A stretch of DNA of 64,000 nucleotides from Balanoglossus misakiensis (lineage: Eukaryota > Animalia > Hemichordata), in contig CM082583.2 in the NCBI GenBank assembly GCA_040954595.2, positions 7,376,849 to 7,440,848 of the forward strand, read 5' to 3'. Below, one piece after another: positions 30,913 to 41,330 of the stretch. The position numbers and the translations under genes are program-made. The notes below the pieces were generated by a model. The model searched no databases. It was given only the letters and a program-made list of their open reading frames with translations, and was not told the origin of the DNA. The stretch's first letter is position 1; every line of letters begins with the position of its first letter.

Positions 30913-33522
30913 ATGTCGTTAGTTAACTATGGAAGCAGCGACGAAAGCGAAAGTAGTGACAGCGAGGAAACAAACGCACCGTTTCCAACGTCCACAGTTT
31001 CATCATCTGACGACGCGACGAAACGTACACGAACCCAGCTTCCGGTTTCTTCCGCTCGATCGCTGCTGTCAAGTTTGCCTCCCCCGAAGTCTTCTAAACC
31101 AGAAAAAGGTAAATATTGGAACATGATGTGACGCACTTGCGGCAGTGCACCTGCTTTACATGCGATCCACGCAAGAATTGAAGTTCAGCTCACTATGCTT
31201 CGATCTGCTGACCCATTGTTTATTGTATGTTTCCACATTCTCATCGCAGTTGTAGATAATATTGGATATGGTGAAAGGCCAAACAGACCAGAAAATACAG
31301 TAAAATCCAACAGACAAGACACCAAGCCATCTTCCACCACAGCACGGCCAATCAGCTCACTGAATCTGCCTCCACCAAAGAAGGGTCAGCCAGTCAAAAT
31401 CACTGTACCATCACTGCCAGATGTAAGCATCATCATTAATCATCTCCCAGTAGAACTTTGAATATACACTGTGAAGGGTTTTTACCAAGACTTTTTGAAA
31501 ATGGTTTCATTGCCAAGATCAACTTGTGCAGGGAACTGACCAACTTTGTTGACTTCTTTCTTTGCAGCCAGATTCTGATGAGGATGAACCAGCACCCAAG
31601 AAAATCAGACCAGAGTCCAAGGTAACATCAGTGCATAGCTCAATCCTGGAATGAATGTTTCTACTACTTAATCTCGTGCAACATAGTTAGGGCAAAAGTA
31701 AAGATAACGCCTAACTCTACATCTGATTTTAATCACATTAACTGTCAAGTGTACAAAGTTACTTTTTTGTCTGTAAAACTTGTATATCGGGTATTTGTCT
31801 GGTCTTTTTATGTGTCTCAATCACTTCGTTACATTATTCCAGGGTACCGGACTGTTTGCAGTTCTTCCCCAACCAAAACATGCTGTTGCCAAGGAGAACA
31901 ACAGAATACTCATCCCACACACCCTGACAAAGAAACCGACACAAATGAAGCCAGCAGTTCCGCTGAAACCTAAAAGACCAGCGGGGAAGGCCACCGGAAC
32001 GACCGCGTTCCGGGACTATGGCAGTGATGATGAGGACGAACCAAGTAGTTTCTTTTCCTTCGGTGAAAAAGACACAAAGAAACCAGACAGTGCTACGTCT
32101 GTGATCGATGTGAAACCGGCAAGTGCAAAGTCTGTTCTTGATCAGACTACAGTAGCTGTCAGTTCTTCTAAAGCAGCTCTGTTGACGTTTGTGGAGCCGT
32201 CAAGTTCACGTGAGAACAGTGAATCATCAGTTCATCGTCCCACAGATGTTACTTCAATGAATGAACCTCTGAGGTTCTCATCTCATCCAGCAGCCAGAGC
32301 GGACGAACCTCTTAGCTTCGGTCAGAACTCAAATGTGGTGTCTTCATCCAGCCATGGATATGCAGCTGGTGATAATTCTTACAACTACAGTCAACAGTAT
32401 GAACAAGGATATCAAGATTACAATCAGCCATATCAAGAAACGTACCCGCAGGTATAACACAATTGAACTTAAAAAGTTATCTCTGTGCCACAAGCCAGAG
32501 TCCAATCTTGTTGTATGTGTACAAATGCAACTATTACTAATACATGTAATACTAATGGCTACGTGTGTATTTCCAGTATACTGGTGCTGAAGATCAGATT
32601 TATGGTTACCATGGTAATGATCAAGAGCAATACCAAGCGGAGAGTACATCACAAGAATACCTAAATGATGAAGGGGTGAGTGAGAGTTGTAATTGTATCT
32701 GCTGCCGTGGTGATATGTCCGTCTCTTGTTTGGTAACAGTGCTACCGAGAGATATCAGTGATACACACAAATTCAATTTATGTTTATGTTTGTTTTTGCA
32801 GTTCAAGAGACTACATGGAAAGAAAAGACATGGTGAAGCTATTCGTATTATAGACATCCAGGAAGATAGACAGGACTATAGTAGTCGAGAGTGGCTTAAT
32901 AAAAATATATCTGAAGAAAAAGAGTATAGATCCAAATTAGTAAGTGCATTTAAAGTGCTCATGACAGACAACACTTTATTGAGCGAAGCTGCAGACTCAG
33001 CCTAAGATTGTTAATATCTTTGTTGTTTTTTTGCTAATGTCTCTTTTTTGCATTCTGCTCTGTACTTTAACAGGGGAAGGAGCAAGGACCAACCAGTCAG
33101 CAGAGGAAGAAGCACCAAATTACCTACTTAGCTCATCAGGTAATCCTCATATGTAAACATTTAAAACATTTTGAGTTTACATCAATAATTTAAAGCTTAC
33201 ATCAGATCACATGAAGCATAAAAAGCAATATCGTGCATACTACATAAGTTTATCACAGGCATTTTTGAATTCTGATAACAACTGAGAAAGTGTGATTCTG
33301 TTCATTTGTACAACTTGTCAGACAACAGAAATCCCTTAGAATTTCTGTTTCATAGAAATGTGAAAATTACTGATTGTCCTCTCCTGTGAATTATAGTTTA
33401 TTTATTTATTTGTTTGTTTGTTTGTTTGTTTGCAGGCCAAAGAGAGAGAGTTGGAGCTGAAAAATTCCTGGGCTGAGAATCGACTTACTAGAAAGCAAAC
33501 ACAAGCAAAATATGGATTTTAG
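30913..33522 (+). CDS. PRCC: Proline-rich protein PRCC (spliceosome-associated)
   Basis: MSLVNYGSSDESE, GTGLFAVLPQPK and the C-terminal PTSQQRKKHQITYLAHQAKERELELKNSWAENRLTRKQTQAKYGF*. Confidence 0.95.
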
Positions 33523-34070
33523 ACATTCGTATGAAGATGCCATCACACAGGCCACGAGTGTAATACGAAACCATCACAGGCAAAATACATGTACACTGAA
33601 ACTTGTTACCAGGCTTGTCTACATCCCATTTCTTATAACTTATTATAAAATAATTATTGATGGTTATGACTAAATCCTGTGCATATCTCACTGACCGAGA
33701 GTGTGTTATTGACAGTTTTGACAGGTACAGAACTGAAAAACTTACTGGACCCTTCAAAGTACTTCTTACAGTAATCTCGGTACTGATGAAGTAAATTAAA
33801 AAATAATGTACATTTTAAGGGAAGATTGTTGCATAGTTTGGTATCAGTGTTTTCTTCAGTCATTTGTTCCAAGATAAAGATATCAGGCTTACCTAGGTGA
33901 ACTTTTTTAAAGTCATATATGCCTTCCATGAAATGTCATTGAAATTGATCAAAATTTTGAGTGTACTGCTAGATTTCTTTTATCATTACAATCATGTCCT
34001 GACAGTTTGAAAAAAAGATGTATCACACACTGTAAATGAATAAAAGTTCCTGACTTGAATATTCAAGGAA

Positions 34071-36615
34071 TCAATAATATTCTTCTGTTTCTATGGTTAC
34101 ACCATCACCATCAAGTTCATTTTCAAACACCCTAGTCCTGCGATTGATCATGGGGATGTCGTCCACTATCTCTCCAGTGGATTTGTTCATCTTTTTCAGT
34201 TTAATTCCCGATTTCAAATGCTTGCAGGGGGCAGTGTTTCGATGAAGCCTGACTCCCTGAACTGGTATCTGAACATCTTTCGGTGGAACAGCATAACGAT
34301 GCTGCTCACCTTCAATTGTCAGAACGCCGTCTCTGTTGTATGTTGCTGATAAACTGTGTGTGTCGATGCCCCTCGGCAGTTTCACCTTGCGCTCCAGTTC
34401 TCTCTCGAAGCAGTCTTCATCACACCGGCAGACGTGCCTGCCCTCCAGAAGCAGATCGCCACCATGTGTTGAAATGGAGAAATCGTCCGGGTCGTAATCT
34501 TTGACATTTATCGATAACAGTTCCACTCTAGGCTGCCCTGTCTGTTGAGCATTTCGGTGGCTTGAAGCTGTGTGTTGGTTTTGATGGTGCTGGCCATGTT
34601 GTCGTTGCTGATAAGCATTTCTGCTGTTGAGATCCACTGTGTGGTGGTGGTTTCTGTTTCCTGTACTGGAAGAGTCAGGTCTTGTCTCTCTTCTCAGTTG
34701 TTCTTGCTGTCTTATCCGCCTTTCTTCCTGCAAAATTAATTCAGGCACAAAATAATAAGGTCAGAAACTGCCTTGTCGATGATCTTATCCTACTGGTAAT
34801 GAAAGAATGTGGGAAACATTTGCTGTTGGATGACAAGGCTCAACAAAAGAAAGCTTGGATTTTAATGTTCTAGAAAGAAATGTTGAAAACAATCACTGGC
34901 CCATTTCTGCACATAAAAAGTACTTTAAAACACTTTATTTTCGCAAGTCAAAATTTTCGCGATATCGAGAGAGGCCACTGTTTCAATTCGCGAGTATTAA
35001 TTTTCGCTTTCTCTTATTTCATTCACTGCATCGTTATCTTAAAAAAAAATACGCGACTTTTTATTTTCACGCTATTTTGGCTCTCGCGTATTTCGCGAAA
35101 ATTTATTGCTCGCGAAAATAAAATGTTTTTACAGTATGTTTTATACCATTTGGCCTCAACTTCTATGACTGATGTGTTTAATGCTGCTGTGATAAAATAT
35201 TTGTGAGTGATGCCTTATTACGAGTTCACCCAAGCAGTCTTGGAGAAATAATTCAACCTCTGAGGAGAGATCTGAGGCAAATCTGAACTGTCTCCTTACC
35301 GCTTGCTTTTGTCTCTCCCTTTGAAGTTCAAGATCTCTCTGTCTTTTTCGTTGTTGTTCAAGCTCCCGCTGTCTTTGAATTTCTTTCTCCCGTTGTCTCT
35401 GCTTCTGGAGGTCAAGTTCCTGCTGCCTCTGTCTCTGAAATTCCAGCTCTCGTTGTTGTCTCTTTTCTTGGAGTTCTTTCTGTCTCTGCCTCTCCACTGC
35501 TTGCTGTTGCATCTGTTCTTGTCGCAGTCGTTCCGCTTCTTGTCGTCTTCTCATTTCCAGTTGTTGCTTTTCCATCTGTAGTTCTTGTTGGCGTTTCGCT
35601 TCCTCCCGCTGTCTCAGTTCATCTTCAATTTGTTTCTGTCGCTTGAACAGTTCTTCTCTTTCGTGGACAAGTTCTCGTTGCCTTTTAGCATTGTCTGCTC
35701 TCAGTCTTTCCAGTTCCCCTTGCCTGGCTTGCATGCTGCTCTTTTCGTGTTCAACTTCTTGATTAAGAGCCTCATCTCTTGTCATCTGGCAAGATGGCTT
35801 CCGTTCACACCACTGCTCTCTGAAACCTCTGTTCAGCCCATGACTTTGGCTGTCCTTCACTTCATCTTCTCCACGCTGTTGACAGTTTGTCCCCGGGTGC
35901 CCGAGCTGATGTCTTTCAGGGAGTAAAGAATGATGCCATCGCGGCGTTTCAAAGATATCACGGAAGAAGTCTGAGGAAAATGGATCATTCCACTGACCAT
36001 TCCAGAGGTTCCAATCCCACAGTTGGTCAAGAGTAATTGGTTCCCCATGCCAAACATCGGACTGCAAGGGCCTCAAGCTGAAAATAAAATTATTAAAGAC
36101 ATTAAAATAAACTTATATTTGTACTAATATCAATTCAAGTTTAAACTGTTTAGAGAAATGAAATATATTAGCAAACACGACAGATATGTTTGCCATACTG
36201 ATATACAGTAAAACATTTTATTTTCGCGAGCAATAATTTTTCGCGAAATACGCGAGAGCCAAAATAGCGTGAAAATAAGAAGTCGCGTAATTTTTTTTGA
36301 AGATAACGATGCAGTGAATGAAATAAGCGAAAGCGAAAATTAATACTCGCGAAACAGTGGCCTCTCTCGATATCGCGAAAATTTTGACTCGCGAAAATAA
36401 AGTGTTTTAAAGTAAAACAAGCTGACATACAACAGGATGGAACTTAATAGAATCCCAGTTTATATGTTCTTTTCCAACACGAAACAATTACCGGGGAAAG
36501 TCGCTGAAAACACTCACCCGTTTCCTCCTAACTGAACTCGAAGTGCATGACATGTTTGGCTCTGCCACACCAACGTGGTTAGAGCAAGCCCCAACAAATT
36601 GATGGTTCGTCTCAT
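34071..36615 (-). CDS. Signal-peptide, coiled-coil and alpha-crystallin (HSP20) domain protein, ~510 aa, 3 exons
   Basis: Exons 36615-36518, 36077-35300 and 34727-34071 join in frame. N-terminus MRRTINLLGLALTTLVWQSQTCHA-LR, then WNDPF motif and Q/E/R coiled coil. ACD reads INVKDYDPDDFSISTHGGDLLLEGRH...ERKVKLPRGID...LSATYNRDGVLTIEG, followed by an IPV (IXI/V) motif. Confidence 0.85.
34921..35136. mobile_element. ~215-bp TA-flanked MITE (Tc1/mariner-pogo-like), copy 1
   Basis: TIRs tactttaaaacactttattttcgc.../...gcgaaaataaaatgtttttacagta with an internal TTCGCG-rich array. Confidence 0.8.
36204..36414. mobile_element. Same MITE, copy 2, inverted relative to copy 1
   Basis: Near-exact reverse complement of 34921-35136. 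Confidence 0.85.
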
Positions 36616-36701
36616 GATCGACCAGGTTTTATCACAGATTTCCACTACAATATAGGATATGATAAACGATATACCGTCTGTGAACGGGTCTCTATATGGT
36701 T

Positions 36702-36743
36702 TCAACTGCGCACAGCGTAATGGAACGTGATGATACTTGACAT
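36702..36743 (-). other. uORF (13 codons, MSSIITFHYAVRS*) in the predicted 5'UTR of the sHSP gene
   Basis: ATG 36743-36741 to TGA 36704-36702, lying between the TATA box (36804) and the main ATG (36615). Confidence 0.55.
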
Positions 36744-36798
36744 GTGTAATATATTGATGATCGGGATGCGAATGCCAACTTACCAGAGTTTTACCAGA

Positions 36799-36868
36799 TT
36801 TATACTCGCCGCCTGTAACTAAAGCCACGTCAGTTTACCCGCATTTCATCCAATGAGCGAAATCCACG
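36799..36868 (-). promoter_or_regulatory. UPR-type promoter: ERSE + UPRE + TATA
   Basis: CCAAT-gagcgaaat-CCACG (exact ERSE with N9 spacer) at 36850-36868; CCACGTCA (= TGACGTGG, UPRE) at 36825-36832; TATAAA on the minus strand at 36804-36799. Confidence 0.8.
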
Positions 36869-36942
36869 CTTGCGTACGCTAGGAATGAGTTGTCAGTTAC
36901 CTGATAGTAACTGCTTCGTTATTGCATCATTGTTTACATCCC

Positions 36943-37066
36943 GAGTTTTAAAAATAGATCTATACGTCATTACTTGGTACTGAGTTTTAAAAATAGATCG
37001 ATACGTCATCACTTGGTACTGCGCATGTGTATTCTCATTTGCGGCCATACAGATTGTCGCAATGCA
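36943..37066. repeat. 39-bp tandem duplication plus a copy of the HAX1 proximal promoter segment
   Basis: gagttttaaaaatagatc(t/g)atacgtcat(t/c)acttggtact occurs twice; 37001-37066 resembles 38211-38272. Confidence 0.8.
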
Positions 37067-37412
37067 TAACTCGAGTAATTTCTACCGTTGCGAAAACTAC
37101 TAGTACATATGCCTCCTTCTGTTTTCAGTAGTGGCCACCTTCAGTCAAAATGTCTTCCTTCTGTTAAAGTAGCCACTTTCAGTCATAATGCCCCCCTGTT
37201 TTAAAGTGTACATGTATTCTGTCAAAATAGCCGCCTTCTGTTTGTTTTTTCTTTTCTTTTTTTTAACTTACTTTGTTATATGCAACTTATGTGATGTTTT
37301 TCGTGGTGAAGAAAATTACTCACACGAGAGAAAATTGCTGAGCAAATTTCCTCGATTTTCTCAGATGAAATACAAATTGCAGTGCGGAAAAAAACCGACA
37401 GTCTGATTGGTC

Positions 37413-38039
37413 ACAAATTGAATATAATAAAGTTTAAATCTTCTACACTTAACAGTATTTTTTTGAGGAAGCCTTTAGTTCAAAAAGTTGGATGACATCA
37501 CGAAAAGTTCCAACGCTTGATGGCGACATTTACAATTCCCGAACAGACCCCAATCTCTTTGCATACCAGGTGCGAATCTGTCTGGTTTATATTTAAATTT
37601 TGTGAACAGGCTATTGAATTTCGGTCAACGCCCGGGTCAACGTAAATTAGAGCGTCTACGTTGCACACCTGATCAAAGAGTGTAGAGCCCAATTGACCAA
37701 TCACAAGTGCTGTGGTCTGAAACAGGTACGGTAGACCTCAGCACTTGTGATTGGTCAATTGGGCTCTATACTCTTTGATCAGGTGTGCAACGTAGACGCT
37801 CTAATTTACGTTGACCCGGGCGTTGACCAAATTCAATAGCCTGTTCACAAAATTTAAATATAAACCAGACAGATTCGCACCTGGTAGGCAAAGAGATTGA
37901 GGTCTGTTCGGGAATTGTAAATGTCGCCATCAAGCGTTGGAAATTTTCGTGATGTCATCCAACTTTTTGAACTAAAGGCTTCCTCAACAATTTACTGTAA
38001 TATGTGTGGAAGATTTAAACTTTATTATATTCAATTTGT
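37413..38039. mobile_element. Foldback/palindromic element with ~307-bp arms and a ~12-nt loop
   Basis: 37413-37719 is a near-perfect reverse complement of 37732-38039; no coding capacity. Confidence 0.85.
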
Positions 38040-38337
38040 CTGATGTTTTTCAGTGGTGAATAAAATTCAGAGGCACATAAAATTATTTGAGTTTTCTATT
38101 ATCTATACACACTAAAATAAATTCCAGTCTACATAGTACATGAAATTATTTATACATATTAATAAATTAATACGCATGAAAATTAGGCCTAAATACCATG
38201 TATATACCGAATACGTCATCACATGGTACTGCGCATGTTACGTTCTCATTTGCGGCCAGATTGTCGCAGTGTACGAGTTTAGGTCATGTCAGGTAGCACT
38301 AGCATGTAGATGTCGATCGTTCGTGAAATTGACAACA

Positions 38338-40322
38338 ATGGATTTCCATGAGTTTTTTGGAAATTTATTCGGTTTCCCAAGAAACAGGGTTCCACAAAGG
38401 TTAGTAGAATTAAATCGAATGTTAACGACATTAGCCTGGACTGCAGTACCCGTGTACCCGCAAAGTACGTGAACAGCCCTATTTATCTGTGTAAGAGTTG
38501 AATAACATCACTAGAATCTCTTGACCATATTTTAATCGATCGGTTACTCTGTACTTGGTATTAAATGTGATTTTCTGATCTGAATCTTACAAGGAATGAA
38601 GATGAGGAGGATGAACATGGTGACGCCTTTGGTTTCCATGGTTTCCACGATGAAGACCATGATGATGACGACAGAGAACATGGTGCCGGTCACGGTGATC
38701 TCTATGGTGATCCATTTCGAGATCTGACACGTGAAACAGAAGACATGTTTAGACATTTTGAGAGACAGTTCAGTGAGATGTTCAAAAACTTTGGCTTGGC
38801 AGAATTTCCTCCAATGAGTAAGTAGTTTGGGTTCACCCGTATCGGGGCAATCTGTATAGAATTCAAATGCTGATGAAATAGTAGTTGTTGATTTCAAATG
38901 GATGTTAAGTCATGTGATACAGTTTGATCAACTGTTTTCAGTGCATACACTATATGCTATACACTCTGGACAGAGATGTCTTAAATGTGCTGCGGTAGCT
39001 TGTTTTGAAATCTGACATGGTGATTACTTGAACCCCCATGAACCAGTTACATTATGTGTTATTGACATCAGCTATTACACCATACTTACAATCAACGCAT
39101 GATGGAGATTAATATAGAGACTTAACAATTTGCCATTTTATAGATGTACCTTCGATTGAAGCCCCCGACGCTGAGAAAAAGTCGGGTTCCCCGAGAGATG
39201 AGATGTTGAAGAAACCAGACCAAGATGGCCTGCCAGGTCCCGAAAAAAAGCAAACACCATTTCAGCCATTTTTCAAAGAATGGCATTGGAATTGGCCATA
39301 CAGGTCACCAAGGTCAAGCCAACCACCAACGAGAGATGAGAAGAGAGACAGAGGTAGAGTGAAACACCTCATTTATTTACAAAAATAAAAAGTTCTCACT
39401 TAAAATATATGATTCCATATTTGTATAAATTTCATGGAAATTGGAATCTGATCAACACAAGTGAGTTATTTTTCTGATCAACCCTAGGAAGTATATGCAA
39501 GAATCTCCCTTGAATGGCATGTAAAAGAATGTAACATACATTTTAAAACACAACCTTGGTATTTGACAGTGGCTTTCGAGATGCAGATAGACGTTTACAT
39601 TGGTCTGTGGAATATGAATCTACCTTCTCTGAAATGCCCTCTTTTCTATGTATTCATAGATTTAGATGGAGAGATTGCATCAGGCAACCTCGATGCCATT
39701 TTACCAGGGAGTCAAGACAGTACAGAAGAGATTAGACCAAGTCCACCGCGGAGCAGGTCATATTTCCGTAGTGTGTCTGTAGCAACAGTGAGGAAACCAG
39801 ATGGGGTAAAGTACCATATATAATTTACAATAAGAGATTTATAGAAAATTGATGCGAGTCAACTGAACATAAAATATGATTAACAATGGGATGCTTTTGA
39901 TCAAAAAGAACATATATTTTTATTAATTAATGTGCAGTGCTAGAATGAGTAAAGAAATGCAAAGAAATTGATTTTCAAAATCTTATCAGTAATGCTTAAA
40001 TTTCATAGTTTAGAGAAGACTTGGGGTGAAAGGGTTTAGAGTGACATACGAGGTTTAATGTCTTTTCTGTCTGTGTCTCTGACTTGTTGTTTCTGTCTCT
40101 CTCAATTCACATGCACAGAGCGTAGAAGAACGTAGAACTGTGAAAGATGACAAGGGTAACGTTGAAACCACAGTAACTAAGATTGATGGAGACGGAAATC
40201 CTCGAAGTCCTGTTGAAACCCCTGATGTCCCGATCATCAGCCCTAGACGAGGGGTCATACAAGAACCCCTTATACCAGATGGATCAAAGTCAATCTTTGA
40301 AAGATTGTTTGGAAAGAGTTGA
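38338..40322 (+). CDS. HAX1: HCLS1-associated protein X-1
   Basis: MDFHEFFGNLFGF, acidic box, SPRDEMLKKPD, DRDLDGEI and RSYFRSVSVATVRKPDG|SVEERRTVKDDKGNVETTVTK match the recalled HAX1 C-terminal signature. Confidence 0.9.
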
Positions 40323-41330
40323 TGACAAGCTTGAAAATAAAGACAATGGTTTGTTGGTTATTGTTGAGGTTTTTTTTAAACAAGAGATTATTGGGGTCTT
40401 TCATGCAGGATAAAATTTTGAGTGTATAAACTTGGTGGATTATTTAAAAATAAAATATTTTATAGAACATCATTGTGGTAGTGTTGTGTATCAGGAATGT
40501 TGACATCCAACACTAGCTATCCCAAATGTCGACATGCATACATCACTGATAAATAATAGCAAAGGACCCAGATGTGATAGTTTCATTATTAAATTGATAT
40601 TAACAAGTGCTCCACTGATGAATGTTATATTGACTCTCCTTTATTTACAAAATGTCAAAAATAAATTACAGAAAAATAACAATTCCGAAATTTGGCAAGT
40701 ATTTGAAATTTAAAAACTGATAACTATAACATGAATGAGTTGAATTGGTCACGGGTAATGAAAATGTTTCTCATCTGAGTGAAATGTAAACTTTGACAAA
40801 CCACACCAGAAAGGTGAAATTTTCAACACTCCATGATTGCAAATAAATATTAAAGCCCAAATCACTGTAAATGTAATTTTTCAGTATTTCAGTAATTTTC
40901 CATTATCATAATGTAAGATTCACTTAAACACAAATTGGAATGTTTTGAGAAAGAATTGATCTGATCGGTCACTATACACAATTCTGAACAAAAATTGTCA
41001 ACAACAAAACTGAAAGACAACTTGTAACAAGAACAAAATCTAGTATTATGAAAAAATATTAAAGAATATATTTCTGAAAAAAAATACTTTGGCAGCATAA
41101 GATGTTATTTATATAGAGAACTGAATAACACAAATATAAATAAACACTTTAACATTTGTTTTGCTCAGAACATGCAAGCACAAAGTTTGTGCATCATATC
41201 AGTATAAACAAGAGTGAACATTGTGCGTACAGAAGCCTACAATGTACAACAAAACATGCAGATCAGGAACAGAACATTCCTGGATGTCAGCATACGACTT
41301 GATTACAGCAGACGGCTTTGAAGACACAGT

